From the NCBI RefSeq assembly GCF_006345805.1, contig NC_043010.1, forward strand, positions 61,070,001-61,134,000: 64,000 nt of DNA. Reading direction: 5' to 3'. How positions within the stretch are numbered: the stretch's first letter is position 1; every line of letters starts with the position of its first letter. A program made the position numbers and the translations under genes. The stretch is from Octopus sinensis (Eukaryota). The notes beneath the pieces are model-generated. The model was not told where the DNA came from. It ran no database searches and was given only the letters and a program-made list of their open reading frames with translations. Below are positions 39,349-51,964 of this stretch, piece after piece.

Positions 39349-39697
39349 TTGAGAAATAATATCTTGTTAGGAAACAAGTGAGAGTTGGCAACAGCAGAAG
39401 CATCCAGCTGTAGAAATTCTGCTTCAACAGATTCCATTTGACCCATGCAGGCAGGGAAAAGTGGAAGAGAAACAGATGATAATCTACATTTGTGTGTGTG
39501 TGTCTATTTATTGCTCTTTCTTTCTGTTTTTATGTTCCCTCTCCATGTTTTTACCCTCATTGAAGAGCTTAGGCTTGAAACATCAAAGACGTTTTATTAT
39601 ATATATATAATAATAATATTAGGGAATAAATCCAAACTTACAGGGAAAAATGAAATTTAGGATTAAATCCAATTTTATAGTATAAATATATTATATT

Positions 39698-40212
39698 ATA
39701 TTATATTAAATTAGAGATAAAACCACTATTAGGCAAATCAAACAGTCAAAAACGTAAGCCAATACATAAAATTAATTTAAAAATATAAAAGTTAAAAATA
39801 AAAAATTATTTAAATAATTTAAGCTTATAAATTTTATATATATATACAAATATATATATATGTATGTATATTTTTATATTTATATATTATTTTATTTATT
39901 AATTAATTAATTAATTTATTTATTTATTTATTTATTAATTTTTTTTTTAAATATCAAAAGTATTAAAAGTTTAATAAAAGATAAAGAGTAAAACACTACG
40001 ATTGTTTCATGGCTGTACCAATTCGAATAACAATAATTTAAATTCAATTAATAATTCGAGTTATGGTTACAGTCAATTTATAAGTTTAAATTATTTAAAT
40101 AATTTTTATTTTTAACTTTTATATTTTTAAATTAATTTTATGTATTGGCTTATGTTTTTCACTGTTTGATTTGCCTAATAGTGGTTTTATCTCTAATTTA
40201 ATATAATATATA
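39698..40212. repeat. AT-rich inverted repeat, ~135-bp arms around a ~245-bp spacer
   Basis: 39698-39830 is the near-perfect reverse complement of 40076-40212. Confidence 0.9.
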
Positions 40213-40234
40213 TATATATATATATATATACATA

Positions 40235-41123
40235 CAAGGAGGTACCTAAAAGTAACCAGAAACGTTCTCTGTGGGCCAAGCCCATGTAGTTCAGGCTTCC
40301 ACCACTTAAAGCCATTTGGTATGGCTCTCAGGTATCAGTCTTCTGACCAGCATCATCGAGTGAAGTGGTACGGCCACGTTGTGTATCTTTGTTTTGTAGT
40401 GCTTCTCCCCTTTTTGTGAAATTTCTGCGATAGCTGAAACAAAGAACAGCATGTTTCCATGAAATTCCGTTTCCTGCTGGGGAAAACAGTGGCCAAAACA
40501 GTTGTCATGCCTCAAACAGCTTACAAGAACACTGCCATGAGCAAAACACAAGTTTACGAGTGATTTTCACGCTTTAGGAATGGTCACTTGAAGACCAACC
40601 TTTTTCAGGGTGACCGTCGACCTCTTGAACAAATGAAAACATCATAAAATTCATGAACTGATCATGAAGGACTGTTGCTGAACAATTGACAAACTTGTTG
40701 ATATGACTGGTGTGTCCTGGGAGCTCCAGCTAAGGAATTTTGAGTGAGGAATTGCAAATGAAGAGAGTTGCAGTAAAATTTGTGCCTCACTTGCTCACGG
40801 AAGATCAAAAGCAATCACGTCTGAATGCATGTCATGAACTGAAAGAACAGTTGGAAGTTGATCCGGGCCCTTTTTTGAAGGTCATCAATGATAATGAAAG
40901 TTGGGGCCATGGAATTTGCAGATGTGGAAGAGGTGAAGGAAAAAACAATGGAGGCATTAAAAGGCATCGCTTCACAAGAATTCCAGGACTGCTTTGAACA
41001 GTGGAAAATACAACTGACTGCATCGCTTTAAACGGAGAAAACTTTGAAGGCAATAAAAGTATAAAGATGTAAAACTAATGAAATAATGTTGCAAAATTCC
41101 AGTTTCTTTTGGGTACCCCCTCG
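40235..41123 (+). mobile_element. Internally deleted mariner transposon
   Basis: TIRs CAAGGAGGTACCTAAAAGTAACCAGAA / TTCCAGTTTCTTTTGGGTACCCCCTCG; transposase remnants MSKTQVYE and KFVPHLLTEDQKQSRLNACHEL..DNESW. Confidence 0.8.
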
Positions 41124-41684
41124 TGTGTGTGTGCGTGTGTGTGTTTTGTGAGGGCACATGGCCTAGTCGTTAGAGCATTGCACACTTGATCAATGAAATC
41201 ATGGTTTCAATTCCTGAACTGGGTGCTGCATTGCATCCTTGAGCAAAACACATCTCATATTGCTCTGCAATCACTTGATACCTGATGTGTGGTACACCGT
41301 GCACCTGTTCGGGCATCAATTCATTTGATCACTAAACAAATCATTTGTGCAGATTGTTCAGCAACAAATTGCACAGAACTGTCTTTCTCAGATTACAAGA
41401 GACTACCATCATCATCATCATCATCACACACATATATATATAGATAGATAGATATGTTTTTAATGGGGTTTTTTTATGTAGCCAAAACAATGCAAGTTAT
41501 AAAGCAATACTATTGATCAATGGTTTGTACTTTTACTTTGTATTTCTGCAGATTTCCTTAAGGGATTCTGATGCTGAAATGTTGAAATTCAAGAAGAAAA
41601 TACAAGCCATCAACCTGTATTATTGTACTGTTTATAAAAAATAAACAAAGAAAAAAAAACCATACATGCACACACACACACACA

Positions 41685-42218
41685 CGAGAGTGAGTCAAAA
41701 AGTAATGCCATTTTGTTTAGGACAGATATAATTACCAACACAGGAACACATGTATCATATATCAAAATGATGCTGGTCCTCTCTGGACCACATCCCTACT
41801 TCTCAACATAGTCACCGTTTCTCTCAATAGCAATAATTCCACCTTCGAATGAGAGCATATATCGCTGCCCCGTAGAATTCTGTTGACTGTTCTTTGAGCC
41901 ACTTCTTCACTACAAAGTCAAAGAGACAACACCTTCTTTCAAAGGCTCATAACAGGTGATGAAACATGGGTTCATCATTATGAACTGGAATCAAAGAGGC
42001 CGTCAATGGAATGGCGCCACTCTACATCACCATCACCGAAAAAGTTCAAGATGCAAAAGTCAGCTGGAAAAATCATGGCGACTGTCTTTTGGGATTTCTT
42101 GCCAAAAGGAAAAGCAATAAACTCATAATAAGCTCCATTTTGATGTACGATACATGTCCCTGTGTTGGTAATTATACCTGTCCTAAACAAAATGGCACTA
42201 CTTTTTGACTCACCCTCG
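41685..42218. mobile_element. Rearranged mariner derivative with ~90-bp terminal inverted repeats
   Basis: 41685-41770 is the reverse complement of 42135-42218. Inside, ITGDETWVHHYELESKRPSMEW..KSAGKIMATVFWD reads on + and a transposase C-terminus reads on -. Confidence 0.8.
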
Positions 42219-43092
42219 TATATATATATACATATAATATCACACTATCAACCAGACTGTCAGATGTTATACATCGCTGGTCACAATGCATAAATCAAAA
42301 CCACAATTTTACAATCATGAGTGTAACACCCTTAACCACTAGGCCATGCATCTCCACACACACACACACACACACACACAAGCAGATTGTAAATCTTGAA
42401 CGACCAAAATTGAAAAGACCCCAAAACTCAACGCAGCCTTCAATATATTATAACCAGAGTTAGTATTTCTTTTATGAGTGAGCCAATAGCTGACTACAGT
42501 ACAGTTGTTTCAATATATAGTTGCTGTATAGTAAGTAAAAAATACATATATCACATAACAGCAGCTTTTATAGAGAGATTGACACCAATGAAACAATCAG
42601 CTTCATAACAATCTCTTATTATAAAAGGCAGATTTTATCTGCCTCCCTTTGTCACTTATAGAAATCTACAATATAGGATTTCTTCAATTACAATTTACCT
42701 AGCATTTTTAAGAGTAGAATGCATCGGGTCATGCCAGGTCCAGTTTTTAAAATTTAAACTCCAATTAAGCAAAATTTACAGAAAACTCACATTCTGGTGT
42801 GTATGTCAAATGCTTTTCTTAGTCTGGTTTACAGCACACGCAAATGCACACACAGTGTGCAACGAATAAAGTGAAACTAGATGTAATATTTGTTTCTGTC
42901 TATCACGCTGATAGATACATGAGTAAAATGTATGGCAAGCTAAGAGATAAGAGTGAGTGAAAATGTTCTTGGAAGAGAGTAAATAGCGACAGAGTGATTT
43001 AAGGAAGACTAAACTGAAAGTATGAAACAGTGTTTATGTATAAACAGACGACACTTATATATAGTTATTAATAAATGTATGCATCCGTTTAA

Positions 43093-43418
43093 CCCTTTCG
43101 TTACCAAACCGCCCGAATTTACCTATTCATATTTAAATGAGAATATCATAGTAAATCTCTTTAGTACATTTGTGAAAACACGTATTATACTTCGTAAACA
43201 CTTCAAATACAGTTTTGTACAAAAATCGAAGTGTAATTTTAATTCCGTGAATTATGGGAGATTTTTTTCCGAAATTTGTTCCTATTGTGTTTTCAAAATT
43301 TGTAATTCTGACAAAAAATGGATACAAATTTCATTATATCAAGCAGCGAGTCAGAATTCGAAGGATTTTCTACTGAAGACCTTCATAAATCTAACTCTAT
43401 GACTGAAAAAAAAAAGCA
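43093..43418 (+). mobile_element. piggyBac-like 5' fragment
   Basis: TTAA|CCCTTTCGTTACC start, followed by an acidic ORF start MDTNFIISSSESEFEGFSTEDL; truncated where the Helitron begins. Confidence 0.5.
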
Positions 43419-43811
43419 TCTTTATATAAGAGTGAAGTTGTGTGTCTGTCTCCTACGATTTAGATTCCTAACTACCCCCACATTTTGCAATGCAGTTTAA
43501 CCAAAAGCGGGTATCTTATAGTCGTGATTCATATCGAGCCCTTCTGGGTATTAGCGCGCGTCTACGATGAGTCTACGATTTTTAAAAAATTTACCATCAT
43601 ATTTTTCCATTTTAATGCATTTTTTTCGCTTTTATATAAGGGAAGTAACTCTCTAAAAATATCTACGATGTGTCAACGATTTAAAAAAAAATTTACCTTA
43701 ATTTTTTTCAATTTTTAATGCATTTTTTTGCTATTTTTTGGCTATAACTCTAAAAATGCTTATATAGTTATTTCCCTTACAAACCCGAGCAACGCCGGGC
43801 GATACTGCTAG
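43419..43811 (+). mobile_element. Non-autonomous Helitron
   Basis: A|TC 5' end, subterminal hairpin CCCG-AGCAACGC-CGGG (43784-43799), and CTAG|T 3' end. Confidence 0.8.
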
Positions 43812-44399
43812 TAATAAATAAAGAAAAGTCACTTATTGGAAACAGCAACAACTATTATGGCTTTCTCTCAAACGTCTGAGAGGAAATAAGGAAAACTCAT
43901 TATTGCTGATCAAGTAACCACATCGAACAAACTTAGGTGGATGACTCCCTTGCTTTTATTGATTTGTAAGGGCAGCCAGGCTGGAATTAAATTAATATAC
44001 ACACTTGAAATGGTCTTTGATTAAAATACAAGAGTGTGAAATATTTCTAATGTGTAAGCAGGGCTTTGCAGAGAATGTAGGTGGAACACCAGAGTCTCAA
44101 CCTGATTTCGTCTCTTCAGTGATGAATTCCTTGGATAGTCTAAGCTAAACTGTAAATACTTGTTCTGATGTAGAAATTGGTAAACAAAGCATTTACTAAT
44201 ATATGTGAAAGCTAGCCAGGTTGGGCATGGTCAGATCAGGTGTGGGGGCCATGTGCAGTTGCAACATGTTGCTGCATTCACCATTTGTTACATGTTCCCA
44301 GGCCCTCCCGGGTGACCTATCATGCACAGTCCCAGTCAGTCTTCATTTAGTGAAGATATCTTCTCATCCACTGTGACCATGTGGTCAACCAACATGAGC

Positions 44400-45338
44400 C
44401 ATCGACCCAGCCAGATCCTCAGTGAAGAGAACACGGTAAGTGGAGTCTAACTCAGAAAATCAAGCAAGTTGGAAGATCACAGCTGGAGGCCATTGACTGT
44501 GACCACTGACGTGAACTGCCAGGAAGTGGATGAATTTATTTGCAGAGAAAGATATGTTGCAAGCCATGAGCCTTGATGCATGACCGGATTGTGGTTACAA
44601 TACACCAAAGAAGGTGGCGAGCTGGCAGAAACGTTAGTGTGCTGGGCGAAATGCTTAGCGGCATTTCGTCTGTCGTTACGTTCTGAGTTCAAATTCCGCC
44701 GAGGTCGACTTTGCTTTTCATCCTTTCGGGGTTGATAAATAAAGTACTAGTTTCGCACTGGGGGTCGATGTAATCAACTTAATCCCTTTGTCTGTCCTTG
44801 TTTGTCCCCTCTATGTTTAGCCCCTCGTGGGTAGTAAAGAAATATACAATACACCAAAGAAGATAGTAAAAAATTTGGGGTATCAGAAAGTACATGCAAA
44901 GTAAGGACCTTGGCAGTTGACCCTCAATTTGAAGACATGAATGGCTAAAGTGTGTTCCAATCTACTGGAAACATTTGAAGCTGATGAAGACATGTTTTTC
45001 ATGATCTGCTGATAGGAGATGAAACGTGGGTTTATCTTTATGATCCAGAACCAGAGACCCAGTCGATGGAATGGTGTCATAACTTTTATCCAAGACCTAA
45101 GAAGGTCAAGAGCCAGGGATTGGCAGATGAGGTAATGGGGGCTGTTTTGGGAATGACAAGGACATTATTCTCCTTGATTTCCTGGAATGTGGCTGAACCA
45201 TGAATAACGAGCAGGACACTGGGACACACAAGGGGCTTAAAGAAAGCATTAAGAAGAAGAGGTTGAACATGAAGCTGTAATCAGTCCCACATTCATCCTG
45301 ACAATGTGTGACCACATGTATCTTTGGCAATAAATCAG
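44400..45338 (+). mobile_element. Decayed mariner transposase (N-terminal and catalytic parts), interrupted by a SINE
   Basis: LED..RP.TV.TD.N, GDETWVYLYDPE, QSMEW and HPDN..PH motifs. It continues at 45862-45950 as ..[12 protein letters not shown]. Confidence 0.75.
44614..44844 (+). mobile_element. Full-length tRNA-derived SINE with 18-bp TSD
   Basis: TSD TACAATACACCAAAGAAG at 44596-44613 and 44845-44862; A/B boxes present. Confidence 0.9.
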
Positions 45339-45657
45339 AGGGCCCTGGTCAACCTGGGTAAAGGGATGTGGACTCCTTCCCCTCTCTGGTGAATTGCCCA
45401 ATCGCCCTATTAACTGTAGAAAGTGGAGTCCCAAGGTTTTCTGCAATTTTATGCTAAGTCCACTTTCAGATTGACCCACAATACGGCCTCTTTGAAATTT
45501 GGACAGTTCCAAAGCTTCTTTCGTACGTGGCATGATTAAACAGTCACATATAGAACCTGAAACATAAAAATGTCAACTAATAAAAAACATAAACATTTCC
45601 AAGTTAAATAAACATAAAACAATGTTTTATGGGGGATCTACTTCTGTCATGTCTGTG
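45339..45657 (-). mobile_element. Inverted duplicate of the 5' ~320 bp of the Tc1 element at 48096
   Basis: Reverse complement of 48096-48418, including the TIR and MPRTKEALELSKFQRGRIVG. Confidence 0.9.
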
Positions 45658-45687
45658 TATGTATGTATGTATGTGTGTGTGTGTGTG

Positions 45688-45723
<36 letters not shown>

Positions 45724-45812
45724 CATACATACACATATATATATATACACATATATATATATATACACACACACACATATATATATACTCACACACACAC
45801 ACACACACACAC

Positions 45813-45856
<44 letters not shown>

Positions 45857-45861
45857 TATAT

Positions 45862-46422
45862 ATCAGGCAATCAACGAAATTAAGCTGGTCACTGGTTCCC
45901 CATCCACCGTACAGTCTGCATCTGGCACCATTCACCTTCCACTTGTGCAGCCTTCTGGCTTCCCAGATCCCCGGTCGAACCGTCCAACCCATGCTAGCAT
46001 GGAGAACGGACGTTAAACGATGATGATGATGATGATGATATCATGTATAAAAATATATTCTATACTCAAGCATTGTTCAACTAATGTAGAAGTGGGCCAT
46101 AACTTTTTTATTTACTGACATAGGTTAAGCTGCACATATTGGTAAAGTAACTCTTCCTTCATACAAATGTACTCCTCCTCCTCCTCTCCCTACAAGTGAT
46201 GCATTTATACTGTTGTTGAACTCAAGCTGTAAAACCTTTTTGTAAAAATTTGGGTTTGCAGATTTCTTCCAATTTTACTTTGTCTGTGTCATCAAATATT
46301 GTCCCTGAAAATATTGTCCTTCATTGGGCTGAACAAGTGGAAGGTGAATGGTGCCAGATGCAGACTGTACGGTGGATGGGGAACCAGTGACCAGCTTAAT
46401 TTCGTTGATTGCCTGATATATA

Positions 46423-46480
<58 letters not shown>

Positions 46481-46524
46481 AGTATATATATATGTGTGTG
46501 TGTGTATATATATATATATATGTG

Positions 46525-46622
<98 letters not shown>

Positions 46623-46664
46623 AGTATATATATATGTGTGTGTGTGTATATATATATATATGTG

Positions 46665-46751
<87 letters not shown>

Positions 46752-46788
46752 GTGTGTGTGTGTATATATATGTGTGTGTGTATATATA

Positions 46789-46836
<48 letters not shown>

Positions 46837-47085
46837 GTGTATATATATATATATGTGTATGTATGTATGTATATATATATTATATATATATACATACATA
46901 CATACATACATACATACATACATACATACATACATACACATATATATATATATATACACATATATATATATACACACACACACATATATATATATATACA
47001 TATATATTATATATATATATACACACACACACACATATATATATATACACATATATATATACACACACACACATATATATATACT

Positions 47086-47175
<90 letters not shown>

Positions 47176-47736
47176 TATATATCAGGCAATCAACGAAATT
47201 AAGCTGGTCACTGGTTCCCCATCCACCGTACAGTCTGCATCTGGCACCATTCACCTTCCACTTGTGCAGCCTTCTGGCTTCCCAGATCCCCGGTCGAACC
47301 GTCCAACCCATGCTAGCATGGAGAACGGACGTTAAACGATGATGATGATGATGATGATATCATGTATAAAAATATATTCTATACTCAAGCATTGTTCAAC
47401 TAATGTAGAAGTGGGCCATAACTTTTTTATTTACTGACATAGGTTAAGCTGCACATATTGGTAAAGTAACTCTTCCTTCATACAAATGTACTCCTCCTCC
47501 TCCTCTCCCTACAAGTGATGCATTTATACTGTTGTTGAACTCAAGCTGTAAAACCTTTTTGTAAAAATTTGGGTTTGCAGATTTCTTCCAATTTTACTTT
47601 GTCTGTGTCATCAAATATTGTCCCTGAAAATATTGTCCTTCATTGGGCTGAACAAGTGGAAGGTGAATGGTGCCAGATGCAGACTGTACGGTGGATGGGG
47701 AACCAGTGACCAGCTTAATTTCGTTGATTGCCTGAT
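45862..47736. repeat. Direct duplication (offset 1319 bp) of a 556-bp block embedded in (TA/CA)n
   Basis: 45862-46417 appears identical to 47181-47736. Each block has a mariner fragment (+), a SINE tail, and the mariner C-terminus plus end on - (46089-46417; 47408-47736). Confidence 0.92.
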
Positions 47737-47741
47737 ATATA

Positions 47742-47799
<58 letters not shown>

Positions 47800-47841
47800 A
47801 GTATATATATATGTGTGTGTGTGTATATATATATATATGTG

Positions 47842-47918
<77 letters not shown>

Positions 47919-47955
47919 GTGTGTGTGTGTATATATATGTGTGTGTGTATATATA

Positions 47956-48024
<69 letters not shown>

Positions 48025-48095
48025 GTGTATGTATGTATGTATATATATATATATATATATACATACACACACACACACACATACATACATACATA

Positions 48096-49306
48096 CACAG
48101 ACATGACAGAAGTAGATCCCCCATAAAACATTGTTTTATGTTTATTTAACTTGGAAATGTTTATGTTTTTTATTAGTTGACATTTTTATGTTTCAGGTTC
48201 TATATGTGACTGTTTAATCATGCCACGTACGAAAGAAGCTTTGGAACTGTCCAAATTTCAAAGAGGCCGTATTGTGGGTCAATCTGAAAGTGGACTTAGC
48301 ATAAAATTGCAGAAAACCTTGGGACTCCACTTTCTACAGTTAATAGGGCGATTGGGCAATTCACCAGAGAGGGGAAGGAGTCCACATCCCTTTACCCAGG
48401 TTGACCAGGGCCCTCTGACAGGACCCATTGCTTTGTTAAGTGGAGTGTGGAGGATAATCCTCATTGCAAGGTCTCTGACATAGCAGAACAAGTTGATGTC
48501 AGTCTCAACAGCTGTCAGGTATCACCACAAACTTAGTTTCAATGGCAGAACAGCAAGAAGGAAACCACTTCTTTGACCGGCCAATACCAAGCAGAGAAAA
48601 GATTGGGCCAGTGAGATGGTGGAGAGGCCACTAGCATTTTGGGACACTGTCATATTCTCTGATGAGTCCAGATTTGCTGTATTTCCTGACAGTGGTCGAG
48701 TGTGGGTCTGGAGACACAGTGATCAAGAATTTGACATGAAAAGATTATTGCCAACAATGATACAAGGCAGCAATTCTGTGAAGGTCTGGGGAGCAGTTTA
48801 GAGCAATTGTTGATCAGAGCTGGTGGAGTGTGAGGGAAACATAAACTTGGACAAATATATGTCTATATTGCACAAATGATTAAAGAAGACTATTTATGGA
48901 AGATGGGACTACTTGTCACACGGCTAAAATGACCCAAGATTAGTTGGAAGAGAATGGCACTAAAAAACATCCATGGCCAAGTCAGTCACCAGATATGGAC
49001 CCAGTTGAACACCTCTGGGACATAAATGGACAGGACACTTCATAAAAAGAACAAGAAAGCATCTTCAAAACCAGATCTTTTGAGATTACTGCATGAAACT
49101 TGGCAAGAAATTCACCAAGAGAATATTTGTTATCTGATCAGTAGCATGCCTTACAGGATTCTTGCATTGAAAAATGCAAAGGGCATGCCTACTAAATACT
49201 AGATATTCACTTTATAATAATTAATAATTAATATGAATGTATAATTTCAGATTTAAATAAATTTTAATGATTATAAGGGTGTCTATTTATTTCTGTCATG
49301 TGTGTG
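48096..49306 (+). mobile_element. Decayed Tc1 (DD34E) transposon
   Basis: TA|CACAGACATGACAGAAGTAG TIR and its imperfect mate at ~49278-49306; MPRTKE..FQRGRIVG, GRTARRKPL, VIFSDESRF, VKVWGA and WPSQSPDMDPVEHLW. Confidence 0.88.
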
Positions 49307-49311
49307 TGTGT

Positions 49312-49525
49312 GTGTGCCAGTACCACCTGACTGGCCCTCGTGTTGGTGGCATGTAAAAAGCATCCACTACACTCTTGGAGTGGTTGGCATTAAGAAGGGC
49401 ATCCAGCTGTAGAAACTCTGCCAGATCAGATTGGAGCCTGGTGCAGCCTTCTGGCTCACCAGTCCTCAGTCAAACCGTCCAACCCATGCCAGCATGGAAA
49501 GCGGACATTAAACGACAATGATGAT
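49312..49525 (+). mobile_element. SINE with RTE-like 3' tail
   Basis: Family tail CATCCAGCTGTAGAAACTCTGCCAG..CCAACCCATGCCAGCATGGAAAGCGGAC.TTAAACGA. Confidence 0.75.
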
Positions 49526-49539
49526 ATATATAACTATTG

Positions 49540-50900
49540 TAGTTGGCATTTGTTGAACTAGAGAAAGCCTTTAACAAGGTCCCTCCTTCTGTGACCATTT
49601 GATTTTGAGGAAGTTAGGGGTGGATGAATGGCTGACGAGAGCCAAACAAGCCATGTATAAAGATGTTGTGAGTAAGGTGAGAGTTAGCAATGAGTACTTT
49701 AAAACAAATTCAGTGCACAAGAAAGGGTCCACTGGGGCTCAGTTCTTAGTCCCATTCTATTTATCATGGCTCTTGAAGTTACAACAAAGAAATTTAAGAT
49801 CAGATGCTCATGGGAACTCCTCTCTCTGCTGATGACTTTGTTTTTATGGTGGAACTTGTAGCAGAATCAGAAAAAGAGATTCCAGGGGCAGAAGTAAAGC
49901 CTGGAATCATAAGGGTCTTAGAATTTAATTTAGCAAAGACCAAAGTTTTAATAAGCAAGAAAAAAACAGATGGGATTCTACCCTCTTTAGGAAACAATCC
50001 TATTTGACATGTAGAAAATATCAGGTAGAAATTGCATGTGGTATACTTAGTAGAAACACTGGACACATAAGAGACAGAGTGGAATCACAGGAAGTCAAAT
50101 GGAGATAATAACAGACTCTATGTTGTGTATGTGCAAAAGCAATAAAGACTAAGAATGAATGGGAAGTAGATGCCCACATATATCTAGGAGGATCTCTAAA
50201 AGTACATGGAAAATCTCCTGTATTGTACACAGCCATTGGTATGATAGTAGGGAAGTTGGGCAGGTGGAAATAGTGTCTTTATATAGCAAATGTTTTACTG
50301 GTATTTATTCATTTTTCAGTTACGGTCATGATTCAAACTGGTGCACACTGTGCATTTGCAGTTAAACCATTTATCAAGAATGGTGAATCTAGGAGGGTTT
50401 TTTTTCTTTGTTTGTTTTTTTGACCACTTAATGTAGAGGATAGCTCCTGTTATCTAAATGACCTAATTAGTAGTGGAGGAGGATGTTCTAAAAATATAAC
50501 CAGAGTAAGAACAGGTTGGAGAGAGTTCAGAGAGCCATTAACATTGCTAGTAAGAAAATGTTTCTCTCTCAGAGTGAAAGGCAGATCGTATGATGCTTGT
50601 GTACAAATTACAATGTTATGCGATAGTGAGACATGAGCCGTGGGTGCAGAGAACTTGCAAGGAGTAGAGAGAAACTAAAGCCAGCATTCACTGTTGTATA
50701 TGCCATACGAGTGTGCATGAAGGAAAGTGAGCAACTGTAAAAACTGGGTAAAAGAGGAATCGGGTGTTATGAGCAAAAGAGGAGACCATGTTTGTATGGA
50801 AAGGTGATGCGTATGGATGAGAGTAGCTGTATAAAGAAGCTTTGATTGCTTCATGTGGATGGAACATAGGAAAAGGGGAAAGCTAGGAAGTATGGGAGGA
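49540..50900 (+). pseudogene. RTE-clade LINE reverse transcriptase remnant
   Basis: AFVELEKAFNKVP, LRKLGVDEWL.RA.QAMY and a YADD-like ADDFV motif, with many stops and frameshifts. Confidence 0.8.
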
Positions 50901-51158
50901 AGTAATGAAGGCTAATTTGAGGATGTTAAGCCTCATGGAGATGACAAAGGACTATGATGTTTGGTAAAATGCAGTCCTCAAGAAGACCCTCCCATCATGC
51001 CAAAACAGAGGTCCCAAAAGCATTGTGTTTACGCAAACATTTAGGTCAATTTACATCTTTGACATATTTGACCTGTAAGAAAAGCCATTTTCACAGCAAG
51101 TTGTTATGAAGAAAATTCTCATTTTCAGCAATAGGTGTCAGAACACCAAGTCATTTCA

Positions 51159-51174
51159 CAGTGCCCTCTGGTGG
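51159..51174 (-). promoter_or_regulatory. CTCF-like binding motif
   Basis: Minus strand CCACCAGAGGGCACTG matches the CTCF core consensus CCASYAGRKGGCRS and lies in non-repeat-looking sequence. Confidence 0.4.
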
Positions 51175-51336
51175 AACAATGAGTGCATTGTGTACCACAA
51201 GAGAGACAACCTTGAAATGACTTTGAAAGCTATGGCTTCCGTATAGAAAATTAGTACAAAATTGAGCTAATTACATATGATGCCAATTAAGCTAGAACAA
51301 AATATGTATGTGAATATGTGAATATGTAGTAAGTGA

Positions 51337-51675
51337 AGGTGCATGACTCAGTGGTTAGAGCGTCGAGCTTACGATCGTGAGGTTGTGAGTTCGAATCCCG
51401 GACCGGGCTGCATGTTGTGTTCTTGAGCAAGACACTTTACTTCACGTTGCTCCAGTTCACTCAGCTGTAGAAATGAGCTGTGACATCACAGGTGCCAAGC
51501 TGTATCGGCCCCTTTGCCTTTCCCTTGGATAACATCAGTGGTGTGGAGAGGGGAGGCCGGTATGCATGGGCGACTGCTGGTCTTCCATAAAACAACCTTG
51601 CCTGGACTTGTACCTGGGAGGGTAACTTTCTAGGTGCAATCCCACGGTCAGTGTCGTGACTGAAGAGGGTCTCAG
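51337..51675 (+). mobile_element. tRNA-derived SINE (third family)
   Basis: Head TGACTCAGTGGTTAGAGCG..GAGTTCGAATCCC, then TGTTCTTGAGCAAGACACTTTAC..GCTCCAGTTCACTCAGC. A reverse decayed copy lies at ~23340-23460. Confidence 0.75.
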
Positions 51676-51964
51676 CAAAAATGTGAAAGCACATGGTTTT
51701 CAGTCTTGTGAGTTACAAGGTGACATCATTAATATGGATACCATGTAAAAAAGCATCCAGTATACTCCATAAAGTGATTGGTGAATTGAGCAGATATAAT
51801 GCAATGTTGAGAGAACACTTTAGTCTTGCCAAGAGCTTGGACAACCTCTGTATGGTGATGTCTCAAAAGGAACAAAATGCCCTCAGTACTCTCTATAATC
51901 CTCTTCCTGGTCTGGTTTTGTTGTGGTGAGGTGACTTCCATGTTCTGTAGAACCAAGACAGTAT

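Noticed and set aside
39985-40030. Minus-strand UGG(UACAG)CCA-U-GAAAC..GUA resembling half a hammerhead
   Set aside because: No CUGANGA core and no helix I partner.
41552-41645. Plus-strand exon after a strong-looking acceptor (TTTCTGCAG)
   Set aside because: Only a short unrecognisable frame and no linked exons; such sites are frequent in T-rich DNA.
45604-48149. Many long YI/HT/CV-repeat ORFs (also at 13.7-14.3, 27.6-29.9 and 54.9-59.4 kb)
   Set aside because: Translations of (TA)n/(CA)n microsatellites, which lack stops in several frames.
51337-51410. tRNA gene (Val-like TAC loop)
   Set aside because: The acceptor and anticodon stems do not pair properly, and it continues into a SINE body; it is a SINE head. 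The same applies to the other A/B-box heads.
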